From contig NC_043000.1 of NCBI RefSeq assembly GCF_006345805.1, positions 19,592,001-19,656,000 of the forward strand: a stretch of 64,000 nt of DNA, given 5' to 3'. This DNA comes from Octopus sinensis (lineage: Eukaryota). Within the stretch, counting starts at the first letter, position 1. Every line of letters begins with the position of its first letter. The notes under the pieces are model-generated. The model saw only the letters and a program-made list of their open reading frames with translations, did not search any database and was not told the DNA's origin. Positions 38,457-51,885 of this stretch are shown in pieces. The position numbers and the translations under genes were made by a program.

Positions 38457-38835
38457 TGGAGGCGCAATGGCCCAGTGGTTTGGGCAGCGGACTCGCGGTC
38501 GTAGGATCGCGGTTTCGATTCCCAGACCGGGCGTTGTGAGTGTTTATTGAGCGAAAACACCTAAAGCTCCACGAGGCTCCGGCAGGGGTGATGGTGGGAT
38601 CTTGCTGTACTCTTCACCACAATTTCTCTCACTCTTACTTCTGTTTCTGTTGTAACTATTTCAAGGGGCCGGCCTTGTCACTCTCTGTGTCACGCTGAAT
38701 ATCCCCGAGAAATACGTTAAGGGTGCACTTGTCTGTGGAGTGCTCAGCCACTTACACCTTAATTTCACGAGCAGGCTGTTTCGTTGATTCGGATCAACCG
38801 GAACCCTCATCGTCGTAACCGACGGGGTGCTTCCC
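38457..38835 (+). mobile_element. SINE family C, full length, with 12-bp TSD
   Basis: AGTACAGTAGTG at 38445-38456 and 38836-38847. Confidence 0.9.
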
Positions 38836-38914
38836 AGTACAGTAGTGAGTTCAGAGAGAACATGCGCTATTTAACATTTCAGTTATAACGGCTTTGCTCA
38901 CAAATGTAATATAA

Positions 38915-39215
38915 GGCGTGGCTGTGTGGTAAGAAGCTTGTTCCTCAAACACATGGTTCCGGGTTCAGTCCCACTGCGTGGTACCTTGGTGAAGGGTCTT
39001 CTGCTATAGCCTCGGGCGACCCAAAGCTTCCGAGTGGATTTTGTGGACGGAAACTGAAAGAAGCCCATCATAGTTATGTATGTATTTGTGTGTATTTGTG
39101 TCTTTGTTTGTCCACCCCATCCTCCACCCTATCATCGCTTGACAACCAAAGTGTCTACGTCATCGTGAATTAGCGATTCAGCAATTGAGATTGATGGAAT
39201 AAATACCAGTCTGCT
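38915..39215 (+). mobile_element. SINE family A, diverged
   Basis: Head and core match 7515-7820. Confidence 0.75.
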
Positions 39216-39287
39216 TCCAATATAAGGGTCTGGTTACAACTATAATTAGTAATAATACTGATTATGATACTCAAGACAAATGTAGAA

Positions 39288-39483
39288 CAAATTATGATAA
39301 ACACAAGATTATATCACTTATTCCCTACGTACGTTTCACCGTTTTGATATTTGATATCTGTAACGCAAATGTTCGCTTGAGGCTCTAATCAAACTTGTAA
39401 CAACCAATGCAGTGGTTCCAAGCAACTACAACGGTGAAACGTGCGTAGGGAACAAATGATATAAACTGTGTTTATCATAATTT
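39288..39483. repeat. ~55-bp inverted repeat with ~87-bp spacer
   Basis: AAATTATGATAAACAC...TACGTTTCACCGTT (39288-39342) vs its inverse at 39430-39483. Confidence 0.8.
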
Positions 39484-39501
39484 CTCACATACATATGTAA
39501 A

Positions 39502-39695
39502 TCATTTTCGTCATCATCATCGTTTAATGTCTTCTTTCCATACTGGCATGGGTTGGACGGTTAGATATTGTTATCAGGGAAATGTCAAGATTCCAACTGT
39601 CTGTTGTGGCATGGTTTCTACGGCTGGATGCCCTTCCTAATGCCAACCAATTAGCAGAGTGTGGTGGGTGCTTTTTACGCGCCACCGGTACATAG
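39502..39695 (-). mobile_element. Short element with an RTE-type 3' tail ending in (ATG)n
   Basis: Minus strand ends CCAACCCATGCCAGTATGGAAAG..ATTAAACGATGATGATG; RTE link is from recall. Confidence 0.5.
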
Positions 39696-39731
<36 letters not shown>

Positions 39732-40195
39732 AAGATTTTGGAAGAACCAGCTTCAAAGTTTTCCATCGTTGGGAGCTCGCTCAATCCCTGAAATAGACGA
39801 TACAACACAGCACAAATAGCAGAATTTCATTCTCTTCCCGTAGAGGGAGAAGCAGTCACTGAAATAACATGATTTACATACAAAAAAAAAAAGACCTTTA
39901 TAACGTGGATGTGAACACATCTAAACAATAGTCGCATTATGATACTATGTATGATCTTAATTAGCCTCGACTCGAGAAGAGACATATCTTACGGCTGCAG
40001 TATCAAAAGTGCATAATTCACTAGTCCCATTAAAAAATAAGATAACAAAAATCTGTAGAAAGGGAGGTAGTATAGCTGCAGTGATGCTATGCCACAACAG
40101 GGCCCCTTTCCATGGACTGAAATGAATAAAAGAGTAAAATTGCTATATATGTTAATGAGTAAAACTTACATTTACTTAGGGGTATACACATGCAT

Positions 40196-40227
<32 letters not shown>

Positions 40228-40503
40228 GGTGTATATATACATACCACCATATATGTATATATACACCACCATATGTGTGTGTTTGTGCGTACGCATATTT
40301 GCATATATACATATGTATGTATATATATATGTGTGTGTGTGTATGTACATGTATATGTGCGTGTGTGTGAGCGTGCGTATGTGTATGTACGTATAATGAT
40401 ATACACATAGACACACACACACACATACATATAGTACAAACATATGTATATATACGAACCATACACTTAGGAACATAGGGACATCGAAACTCTCTCCCAC
40501 ACA

Positions 40504-40564
<61 letters not shown>

Positions 40565-42159
40565 TGTTTGTGTGTGTGTGTGTGTGTGTGTGAGCATGTA
40601 TGTGTGTATGAGTGTGTGTGTATATAGGGTTGTGTTGAAGAACCGTTAGAACAGTTGGTTCTACCTTGTTAGTAATGCTGTTATTATTCAGAGAATACTA
40701 AAGCTATAGATTAAATTGGAATCTTAATTACTTTTTCGTGATTCGCTTCAAGAAGCTCTTCATCGTTTGGAATGGTAGCTGTTGAAGAGTAAAATCAATA
40801 ATCGATTTTTTTCTTCCTTTCTGCTTCTGCAGCAATCGAAGAATTTTGCACAGATCTCTTCTCTACTCTAACATACTCTACAATATGCTCTTCTTCGCCA
40901 TCTCCGCATCTCTCAACCCCTCTCTGTTTCTCTATTTCTCTCTCTCTCTCTCTATCTTTCACTATTTCCTCCTCTCTATCTTTCTCCTTCTATCTCTGTG
41001 GAATTGCAGTGTTTGTCAGATTATAGGGTTTTAGTTAAAGGATTAAGATTTCACCATCATCTGGTTTCATGCTGTGTTATTATATAAAGTATTTCCTTAT
41101 TTCTCTTCCCTTACTACTAATGACTTTAATAATTACACCTTCCATCACTTGCGAACACGAAATTTTTGTTTTCTTTTCTTTTTATTATTTTTGTGCTTTA
41201 GTTTTTATTTCACTTTAAACAGGAACCTAATATTTGCTTACTTTCATGTTTATAAAACTGTTAATAGTGACAGAGACCTAAGTTTACCAAAGTCTCACAT
41301 CATACAAAATGATGAAGTCACAGAATTAATTACAAGTGTACTATAGTGTAAACGCTACAGTTCTGAACCAAAATGCCGCTGAGGTCGACTTTGCCTTTGC
41401 TATCTCTACGAGGCCGTCGATCAAATAAATACCTGACCTGTCCTGGATTTGATTCGATCGATTATATTCACTTTGGTTGTATTCGATCGATTATATTAAT
41501 TTCCGTTTTTATTTGTTAGCAATTTTTTTTGGTTTTTGCAATATATTATCCCTGTTCTTTCCAAGATCAAATCCCATCAGAGTACACTGACTTCGTATAT
41601 TTTATCTTTTCCAAAATATTTCATCTTATTTCAGCCGATTATTGCAAGCAGTTGTGTTGCCTCTATCTAACTGAGATCAATAAGAGAAGCATCGGGATTC
41701 AATCGATTATTCAGCTTTCTTGAATTCAATTGATCATATTGATTTTTCATTGGTTGCAGTTCCTTCCCTGTACATTCTGAGATCAAACTTCACCAAGGCC
41801 AAATTTCTCCTATTTCTTGTACTGATTTCAACGCAGTTCATTTGGCATTTCTTTTCCACCTCCATCTGATATCGTTCAAATAGACACTACTTATATGCTG
41901 TACTAGCCATATGTTTAATAACTGTATACTACACCAGATATATGTCTATCAACTATAAATTATACTGTCTCTATACTGTACTGGCTGTATGCCATACTAT
42001 GTATAGCTTCAAGTTCATGGATTGTGAGTTCCGATCGAGGGTGCGTATTTCGTTGTATCATACAGGTTTTAACCATTTTATTGTATCAAAATACAAAAAA
42101 AAAAAATCAATGGTCCTTCCTCAGCCAAGTTCTGTTTGCCAGATTCTCTGGCATATATA

Positions 42160-42415
42160 TTCTTTCTTTTCTACTCTAGGCACAAGGACCGACATTTTTG
42201 GGAAGGAGGCCAGTCCATCAGTACGCAACTGGTACTTAATTTATCGACCCCGAAAGGATGAAAAGCAAAGTCGACCTAGGCGGAATTTGAGCTCAGAACA
42301 CGAAGACAGACGAAATAACTATTTCTTTACTACCCACAAGGGGCTAAACACAGAGAGGACTAACAAGGACAGACCAACGGATTAAGTCAATTACATCGAC
42401 CTCAGTGCATAACTT
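42160..42415 (-). mobile_element. Two abutting SINE B copies
   Basis: Same GACGAAATA(A/C)CTATTTCTTTACTACCC junction as at ~4040. Confidence 0.78.
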
Positions 42416-42439
42416 TTAGTGAGTCAACGTTCCTTGACC

Positions 42440-42722
42440 AAAGCGATTTATCCAAAAGTCTTTTTCGTTCTTATAAGAATGCGCCTAAAATTGAGGCTTA
42501 TAACCTGTTTTATTATACCAATTGTCCTGTATGGAGAAGAAACTTGGACAAATGTACAGGGCAATGAAAAAGATAGAGCTGTGGGTTCTTCGTAGATTGG
42601 ACGGAATAAGCTAGAATGATATGGTAGCAAACGCTGTATTCGACACCTATTGCCGAAAACCAAATCCACAAAGCTATCATATTTCAGACTAACGATGCGC
42701 AACGAAATAGGGCAAGAGAGTA
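42440..42722 (+). mobile_element. RTE-clade LINE 3' relic
   Basis: KLRLITCFIIPIVLYGEETWT...IELWVLRRL.GIS*ND resembles the RTE post-RT region; (GAA)n follows the gap. Confidence 0.6.
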
Positions 42723-42822
42723 NNNNNNNNNNNNNNNNNNNNNNNNNNNNNNNNNNNNNNNNNNNNNNNNNNNNNNNNNNNNNNNNNNNNNNNNNNNNNN
42801 NNNNNNNNNNNNNNNNNNNNNN
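42723..42822. other. Assembly gap (100 N)
   Basis: Run of n; sequences either side may not be truly adjacent. Confidence 0.99.
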
Positions 42823-42943
42823 AGAAAGAAGAAAGAAAGAAGAAGAAGAAGAAGAAGAAAGAAGAAGAAGAAGAAAAAAGAAGAAGAAAGAAGAAGAAGA
42901 AGAAGAAGAAGAAGAAGAAGAAGAAGAAAGAAGAAGAAGAAGA

Positions 42944-43590
42944 ATTTCTGATTTCTCAGAAATCCGGAGCGGCATCTTCCAAGGGGACTGCCTGTCCCCA
43001 CTAATCTTTGTACTGTGCATGATACCACTAACACTGATTCTGAGGAAAGCAAAGGCTGGGTATGTATTCAAAAGCCGCCTACAAAAAGTCAACTATTTGT
43101 TATTCATGGATGACCTCAAACTTTATGGTAAAGCTGAATCCCAAGTCAGCTCCCACGTTGATACGGTGTATACTTTCAGTGCTGATTTCAGAATGGAGTT
43201 CGGACTGAAAAAGTGTGGTGTGTTAGTCTTGAAGGGAGGAAAAATCAAATGTATGGACGGGCTAGCGACACCGTCGGGGGAGGTTATGAAGCAGATAGGA
43301 GAGACGGGCTATAAGTACTTGGGGATATTGGAAATGGATAAATTGATGGAGAAAGAAATCACAGAAAAATTTAAGGTGGAATACTTACGAAGACTGAGAC
43401 CAATCCTTAAGTCGAAATTAAATGGACGGAATAAGATTAAAACTATCAACACCTGGGCGGTTTCACTCCTTAGATGTGGAGCAAGTGTAATAACTAAGCT
43501 GCTTAGACAGAAAGACAAGGAAGTTGCTGACTAGATATGGGATACTTCACCCAAAAAGTGACAGAGATAGACAGTATGTACCAAGAAAAT
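42944..43590 (+). mobile_element. R4/Dong-like RT fragment, different subfamily from the 15-18 kb copy
   Basis: GIFQGDCLSPLIF, LLFMDDLKLYGK, MEFGLKKC, YKYLGILE, SKLNGRNKIKTINTWAV. Confidence 0.88.
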
Positions 43591-43981
43591 TCTGTCCTCA
43601 ATAATTATAGTTCTCTATTTCTAGATGTAATTCTTTTTCTTCTCGTTCAGCTTATAACTATAAGACGCATTCTTGTCTGTCTGTTGACAAAGCTTTTTTT
43701 CTCCAGCGTTCACCACCTCACCTCGTTAGGGTTAAACAGCCCTTACCGAATGTTTTCAGTGTCCTGTTTCTGTTAGCAGCTTTGACGTTCCACGTATCTC
43801 AAATTTTATTTAATTTGCTTTGGGGGAGCAATTGCTTTGACGAAGACGCATCTTGTTGCAATGCTCGCAATGCGGAGTAGGTAAAACTGCCAACAACTGA
43901 GGGAAGTTTGTTTTTTTATGCTATAGTTCTCTATATATAATTGAAATTCTTCCAACCCAACCGTAATAGTGACACTAATGC

Positions 43982-44125
43982 CATAGCGTCGACTGTGGGC
44001 CGGTAGCTGTGTACAGTCGTGTACATAGCGTCGACTGTGGGTCGGTCGCTGTGTACAGACGCCGCAATGTCGCCAAGAGCGAGCTCTGGTCGCCACAGCG
44101 TCGACTGTGGGTCGGTAGCTGTGTA
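43982..44125. repeat. Three copies of a 32-bp GC-rich unit with 10- and 38-bp spacers
   Basis: CAYAGCGTCGACTGTGGGYCGGTMGCTGTGTA at 43982, 44024, 44094. Confidence 0.85.
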
Positions 44126-45709
44126 ATAAAACATACATTGACATATTAAAAAGACGAATTAAAATTCCAGAGAAAAATACATAGAAGATAAATATACAAA
44201 TTTACAAAAATACATAAAAGTTCATCTACGGCCGTTTCGGAGATGCACCAACTAATATGAAACCTATCATATATTTAAAATTGACACTCCCCTCGTCAGG
44301 ATGTTTTTTACACACAACACATAGTACACGGAAACAAATGCACAATTACATACCTGCTACATGCGAAAGACCAGACATTACGTACTCCCAAAAATTCTCA
44401 TAGATACTGAATGCTACTTTATAAGCATATAATTCAATCTAGCAGCTATAGTAAATGGTATGCGCACAGCTCCATCTGGACTAATTCACTTCTGCACTCA
44501 AATTTTTCATCTTGTAATTTCTCCCATTCATGCAAAGCCACATATTCGAGTTCAAGTCCTTGATACATTTCATACTAATTGCTATTTTTGCTTTTAATTG
44601 TTATATTACGATTTAATTACCATTTGAATAAAATAAAATATATTTAATTACTACTTACTATATTTACTATATTTAATTCAATTGTTATTATTACCTCTAA
44701 CTTTTATTGCAATTTTTATTTCTAAATTTCTTATGGAACGTCGAGCGGATCTTATGCGTACAATATATTTTTATATGATGTTTATATATTTATATATTAC
44801 TATATATTTCCAAACGTCGGGCTTTATGTCTGTTCTGTAGATATAAATGAATATATGATTATGTATGTGTTTGATCTTTCTGTGGATTTTGTAGTGCTCT
44901 TGTAGTTGCTGCTCGCATTGCCTCCCCTCGAATTAAAAAGTGTATACAGCTCATTTGAGCACTACTATTCCAGTCTGTTATATATTTTGTAATATATATA
45001 TATATACATCCATATACACACAATAGAGAGATGTTTTTGATACACTTTTAACACGTAATACTGAAATAGTGGAGAAGATATGATATTGCTGTGGGCTCGC
45101 TCTATTATATATAAAGATATATATATATATACATATATATATACAAGCTTGGTTCAGTTTCCGTTTACCAAATCCACTCACAGGGGGTTTGTCATCTCGA
45201 GGCTGTAGAAGAAAACGTTTACCCATGGTACCACGAAATGCGACTGAACGCAGACTCATGTAACCATGTGGTTGTGAAACAAGCTTCTTATCACACAGCC
45301 ACGCCTGCGCCACTTAATATGTACGTCCGTCTTTGTCTTCGTCTCTTGGTCTTCTTAAATACATTATGTTATTAATTAACAAATTATCGTTTGTGCTTCT
45401 GTTTGCTAGATCTCAAGTCAATAATTAGAAAGATAAAATATTACACTGCATGTGTGTTTATGTTTGTGTGTGTCCAACTCGGTGTTAATGCGCATGAGCG
45501 TTTCTACACGTCACTATGTGTGTGTGTTTCTGACTTCATCGCATGGTCTCCTTTCATAGAATTTATTATCAATTCAAAAAAAAATATATTAGCTTTCGTA
45601 ATTGTGTTTGCTAGATTTTAAGTTGATTATTATAAAGGTAAAAAGTAATATACTGTGCCTATACTTGTGTATTTGCGTACGTTTCTGCTTTTCTGGTTGT
45701 GTGTGTGTT

Positions 45710-45750
<41 letters not shown>

Positions 45751-46296
45751 TGGTGTGTGTGTGTGTTGTGTGTGTGTGGTGTGTGTGTGTGTGTGTGTGT
45801 GGTGTGTGTGTGTGTTGGTCTTCTTAGTCAGGGCTGACTTGGAGAATTAACTACAATAACAACTTCTTCAGATTATTTAGTTATCAACTTTCGATGTTTC
45901 CTTTCTGGTTACGTTATACTGTTTAAATGTAAATCTTCTGCCCGTTGAAGTGGGTAAATGTAAATCTGTATTATGACGTTGTTTTAATAGCAATGTGCGT
46001 GTGTGTGTGTGTGTGAGAGAGGCTAATTTAGACTTGCTCATTCCGCCTTGGTTGATGCATGCAGTTCATTGTCCCATTAATTATTAGCGCATATGTGTTT
46101 TGTTACATAGACACACCAAAATGCATGTGTACTGTTTTTCTTGCATTTTCTTTTTGTTTGACAAGCGAAGAAACTATTGATGCTGGGATTAAAATTATCC
46201 TCTAAAGGATATTGTTTTTGTTATTATTTAAATATTAACTAGTTTTTATTTTTTCATCCCAACAAAACATTTATGAACTCAACCTTCATTTGTGTA

Positions 46297-46806
46297 CCGT
46301 AAATCCTCGAGTATAGTCCACCCTTGAGTATAATACGCAGGGGATTTTTAGAGGGCTGTACCTCTGAAAAACCTAAACCTTGTGTATTATACGCACCCCT
46401 TCTCTAACTTGAGTCAAGGAGGTCTATATAACGTCCTTGGTTTGTAAAAATGTATGCGGTAACGTCCTTTATTATTATTATTATATATATAACATAATGC
46501 AAATGTGTAGCATTTTGGGGCATTTAGTTTGCAGAAAATAAAGAAATAACAGTAATAACAGTAATAACGTTTAATAAATGTTGCTTACTGCAAGTTATGG
46601 ATGATTATTTTATAACGTCATTGCTTTCAGGCTTAGCTTAAGGTATCTTCGCGCCCGACATCACAAAATGCGTCTGAATAAACATTGCCGGACAGCAAAT
46701 AGAGACTTGAACATTGCTTAGAAAAAAATTTTCATTTTTAACCTCGTATATAATACGCACTAGGGATTTTGGGGTAAAAATGCGGATTATGCACGAGTAA
46801 TTACGG
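46297..46806. mobile_element. Second copy of the Tc1/pogo-type MITE
   Basis: Colinear with 13078-13732, without the duplication. Confidence 0.88.
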
Positions 46807-46857
46807 TCTCTTTTGTATATATTATTTCCAACGATAAGAATTAAAAGCTAATACATA

Positions 46858-48235
46858 CGAGGTGTGTTCAAAATGTATCTGACTTTATTCTTCCTGCGAA
46901 AACTAATACCGCGTGGGCAAATCCTTTGGGTAGGAGATGACGCCACTCTTTCTGCAAATGCATGAAAAATTTCGCGCTGATAGGTCGCGTTAGTTCCCAG
47001 CTGTTACGTCTAGAGTACTGTCGTGTAGTCCACCACCCCACCCCCACCTGTTGGATTTTCGTTTTCACCGAACGCATCAAGCAGAGATATTGCATCAAGT
47101 TTTGCGAAACGCTTGATGATACTAAGCTCAAACAATCCAGAAGATTCAGCAGGCCTTTGGCGATGATGCCATAGGCAAATCTCAGATTAAGTAGTGGTAC
47201 AATCGCTTCAAACATGGCTGTATCTCAGCGGAGAGCGAGATACGCTCAGGCAGGCTATCCACAAGTCGAAACGAATAGCTGATTGAGAAGGTTCGCCGAA
47301 CAGCCGTGGAGGGCCGTCGTGCAACGATCCACGAAATTGCTCACGGAATAGGAACAAGAACGAACGGGATCAGTGCATTCCATTTTAACAGAAGATTTGT
47401 GCATGTGAGGTGTACTCTTCCTAAGGAAGCGAGAAGGCTGGAGGGAGGAGCCCTTAGCTTGGACTGAAAACCCGAATTGGCCTTCGCAGGTGACTGCGAA
47501 GGTCATATCGGAGGTCAACATGTCCAGGGTGTTGGGCTCCTTTACGAAGAACTTGTTTCGAGTGGATTTTGGGGGCTCCGACCGGGATCTGGAGCAGTAC
47601 CTATGGACAGCTCACAGCCTGGTCGGGGACGAAGAATAGGCTTAGCACCGAAATATGTAAATATATTTTTATATTTGTATAATGATTAATATTGTTGTCA
47701 CTTTAGACGAATTATAAGATTTTCATTGCCTCATGTAATGTATTGCTTAAGATGAATGTTATAGAGAAGCAGAGGGTCGGCGGGCGCTTTCTGTCTTCTC
47801 TCATCCTTATTATTCTCGTATCACTGTCATTCATTTCATTAATGTCTTGTCCAGCCCGCAAAGCTACCTAATCTGTGCACTGTCTTCATGACAAATTTGA
47901 TGAAATAAGGTACTGGCGGAACAACAAAAGCAAGTCCGCATGGAAATCGCTCACGACATGCTGGACTGTGCAAACTCCTACTCAGACTTTATGGAGACCA
48001 TAGGCGTATGGTCTCTGCTTGACGCATTCGGTCATCTTGCGTGAAATCATCTGTACTCGAATGATACCAGCCGGGAATTCTACTACACATCTGTATTCTA
48101 GGTGTAATAGCCGGGAACTGCTGCGGCCTACCACACGAAAATTTTCACGCATGTGCATGAAGGGTGGTTTACATCCCACTCAAAAGATTTTGCTCGCACG
48201 GCATTAGTTTTGGCGGGAAAAAATAAAAGTCGTAT
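46858..48235 (+). mobile_element. Deleted mariner element with ~150-bp imperfect subterminal inverted repeats, interrupted by a 470-bp insert
   Basis: TA-CGAGGTGTGTTCAAAA start; ERIKQRYCIKFC...WYNRFKHG...RSGR...TEDLC (47070-47403) and EQQKQVRMEIAHDMLDCAN (47905-47995); ~46875-47025 inverted vs ~48085-48234. Confidence 0.8.
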
Positions 48236-48349
48236 ATAAACGACATCACTGAAATTAGAAGGGTTAAATAATGTACACTCGGTATGATCTGTAGTGTTTA
48301 TTAGAAGGGAAAGCATTGATATTACCACTGATATATCTCTCAAGGTGAA

Positions 48350-48652
48350 CGAGCTTACGATCGTGAGGTTGTGAGCTCGAATCCTGGACCGGGCTGCGTG
48401 TTGTGTTCTTGAGCAATTGTTTATTTCACGTTGCTCCAGTTCACTCAGCTGTAGAAATGAGTTGCGACGTCACAGGTGCCAAGCTGTATCTGCCGTTGCC
48501 TTTCCCTTGGATGACACTGGTGGCATGGAGAGGGGAGGCCGGTATGCATGGCCGACTGCTGGTCATAAACAACCTTGCCCGGACTTGTGCCTGGGAGGGT
48601 GGCTTTCTAGGTGCAATCCCATGGTCTGTGTCGTGACCGAAGGGGGTCTCAG
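48350..48652 (+). mobile_element. SINE family D
   Basis: Matches 35893-36180. Confidence 0.8.
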
Positions 48653-49359
48653 ATATCGCTCAAGTTAAGGCGCGTAGCCTACTGATCAGGGTGTTGCACT
48701 CACAGTCGTAAAGTCGTGGTTTCGATTCCTAGACGGGCGGTGAGTTGGGTTCTCGAGGCAAAACAATTCATTTAACATTACTCTAGTCCGCTCACCTGTA
48801 AATTTGTAACCCAGCGACGGACTGGCGTTCCAATTCAGGGGAGAAGGGTTTTGACCTGCCCACCTAGCCAGTGGGATGGCATCATCAGAAAGTTATAACA
48901 CGAGGAAGCGCATTGTGACCAGCGGTGTATAACAACATTCAATGCTCTTCTTGATACAGTGATATTACTCAAGCTCACTAAATCAATAAAATAAAAGTTT
49001 TGTCTTTTATTGGTATTTGTTGGCTTTTGGACGTCCAAAATACTTTTTGTCTTACAACAGCGGTATTTAGGCATTACAAATCTTCCCTTCACTTAGAAGC
49101 ATGTTATTCTTTTATCTTTTATCTTTTACTTGTCTCAGTCATTAGACTGCAGCCATGCTGGGGCACCGCCTAGGTAAAATTTATTTACTCGAATGAATTG
49201 ATCCCATTATTTTTTTAAGCCTCATACTTATTCTATCGGTCTTATTCTTCTTTTTTCTAATATTAGGAGTGAAATTACCGGGGGTCAAATTAATGGAGCC
49301 AAAATACCGGGAGTGAAATTACTAGGAGTCAAATTACCTAGAATCGTGTATATCAATAT

Positions 49360-49770
49360 GTGGAAGCGCGTGGTTTAGTGGTTAGGGTGTTGGATTCATG
49401 AGCGTAAGATTGTGGTTTCGATTCCTGGACCGGGCGACGCGTTGTGTTCTTGAGCAATACACTTCATTTCACGTTGCTCCAGTCCACTCAGCTGGCAAAA
49501 ATGAGTAATTCTGCGAAGGACGGGCGTCCCGTCCAAGTGGGGAATATATACGCCGTGGAAACTGAGAAACCGGCCCTATGAGTCCATATGACTCGGGAAG
49601 GAACGTTATTTCAGGCGGCTAGCCGACAGAATCGTTAGTACGACGGGGAAAATGCCTTTACGTTCTGGGTTCAAGTTTGGCCAAGGTCGACTTTGCCTTT
49701 CATCCATTCTGGGTCGATAAAATAAGTACCAGTTGAGCACTTAGGTCGATTTAATCCCAAAACTGCTGGC
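49360..49770 (+). mobile_element. tRNA-headed SINE (C/D-like) followed by a SINE B relic
   Basis: Head GGAAGCGCGTGGTTTAGTGGTTAGGG...GGTTTCGATTCC; family-B core at ~49650-49750. Confidence 0.7.
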
Positions 49771-50329
49771 CTATATGTGCATACCACTATATACACATTG
49801 ACACAGTTCGTTAAATGAGAGCAAGTATTCTTGAGTTATAAGGTTACGGGACAACGTGCTAAGGGTTGGGTAGATGGTTGGTTCGTGTCCTATTGCAATT
49901 ACTATCTTTGTTTACAGCCGATACAGTCACTTAACGCTAAGTATAAATCTATACTACATGCTTTTAAAGATCAATACTGCAAGCAGGATGTTGCTTAGTC
50001 CTGATTTAACTCTGATAGGAAAATACTTAAGCCACGATCATACAGTCTTTTAAGGAGCATATAGGGCTGCATTATTTAATGCGTTCGTCCAGTATTAAGA
50101 CGTGGATGTGATTTAAGATAGATTGTGCTGCTATTTCTAGCTACCACTTATAGGTACTTCCATGATGATGTTGATTCTTTATAAGTTTAAGTAATACATG
50201 TATCCACTTTAGAAGTTTGCTGAAGTATTCTTTTGTCCGTCTAGCTTTATTCACAGCATCAACATATACAATATTCTTGTCAATTCCAATTCTTCACTAG
50301 TAATAGAGTGAATAGACAGACCATTGATA

Positions 50330-50668
50330 TTCATATTCCTTGCCTGATCGAGAATCTTTCTTCGTTTGACTACCAACTATGAACACACGTAACATTGGCA
50401 CGAGGCTTAGTGGTATTCCAAGCCTCATGGAAGGAGTTGAAGAGCAAAAGAGATGAGGGAACACTTCTTATGGATCAGGCGCGTGAAACATAACGGTTCC
50501 GAGATGTAGCCGTTTACTCTGACCACCCAGTAGAGGCCGCTGTATATTGCAGCAATCTAGACACTTAGACCGAGCGCAAATACCGAATGCTTTCCGTCAC
50601 GATGTTCGACCTGATCGAAAGCCTTCGTCTCATTCAAATTGAGCAGTGCCCCAACTCTCTCTAATCTC
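50330..50668 (-). mobile_element. Tx1/L1-like RT relic
   Basis: GALLNLNETKAFDQVEHR...IAAIYSGLYWVVRVNGYISEP resembles LINE RT subdomains 3-4. Confidence 0.6.
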
Positions 50669-50689
50669 ATTTATCTTTATCAGAATAAT

Positions 50690-50868
50690 GTATTATTATT
50701 ATCGTGGTCGTCGTCATTTATCATTATTATTATTATTATTATTATCATTATTATTATTGTTATTATTTATTATTATTATTTATTATTATTATTATTATTA
50801 TTTATTATTATTATTATTATTTTTTTATTATTATTTATTATTATTATTGTTATTATTTATTATTATTA

Positions 50869-50903
<35 letters not shown>

Positions 50904-50912
50904 CATTTATTA

Positions 50913-50947
<35 letters not shown>

Positions 50948-51028
50948 TATTATTATTATTTATTATTATTAATATTATTATTATTATATATTATTATTAT
51001 TATATTATTATTATTATTATTATTATTA

Positions 51029-51069
<41 letters not shown>

Positions 51070-51086
51070 TTATTATTATTATTATT

Positions 51087-51117
<31 letters not shown>

Positions 51118-51488
51118 TATATTATTTATTATTATTATTATTCTTATTATTATTATATATTATTATTATTATTTTTATTATTATTATTTATTATTATCAT
51201 TATTATTATTGTTATTATTTATTATTATTATTATTTATTATTATTATTATTTATTATTATTATCATTATTATTATTATTATATTATTATTATTATTATTA
51301 TTTATTATTATTATTATTTTATTATTATTTATTATTATTATTATTATTATTTATTATTATTATTATTTATTATTATTATTTATTATTATTATATATTATT
51401 ATTTTTATTATATTATTTATTATTATTATATTATTTATTATTATTATTATCATTATTATTATTTATTATTATTATTATTATTATTATT

Positions 51489-51520
<32 letters not shown>

Positions 51521-51849
51521 TATTTATTATTATTTATTATTTATTATTATTTATTATTATTATTATTATTATTTATTATTATTATTATTACTATTATTAT
51601 ATTATTATTATTATTTTTTTATTATTATTATTATATTATCATTATTATTATTATTATTATTTATTATTATTATTATTATTATTATTTATTATTATTATTA
51701 ATTATTATTATTATTATTATTTATTATTATTATTTATTATTATTATTATTTTTATTATTATTATTTATTATTATATTATTATTATTTATTATTATTATTA
51801 TTATTATTATCATTATTATTATTATTCTTATTATTTTTTATCATTATTA

Positions 51850-51885
<36 letters not shown>

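Noticed and set aside
38457-38530. tRNA-like heads at SINE 5' ends (families A-D)
   Set aside because: No complete cloverleaf and each continues into a SINE body; not tRNA genes.
40790-40990. Protein-like minus-strand frame (..EHIVEYVRVEKRSVQNSS..) and a plus-strand acceptor-like TTCTGCAG at 40832
   Set aside because: Short, partly built from a GA microsatellite, no recognisable homology; both readings are compatible with chance.
42650-43534. 294-aa ORF with poly-E/K/R N-terminus fused to RT
   Set aside because: Reads through the N gap and a (GAA)n tract; only the part from 42944 is RT.
43650-43800. Possible RTE endonuclease start on the minus strand (TWNVK...EVRW)
   Set aside because: Only two short motifs in different frames; too weak to list as a feature.
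43982-44125. CRISPR-like repeat-spacer appearance
   Set aside because: Only three units, spacers 10 and 38 bp, no cas genes, animal repeat context.
44450-44575. 40-codon minus-strand ORF MYQGLELEYVALHEWEKLQ...
   Set aside because: Short, no homology recognised, no supporting splice signals.
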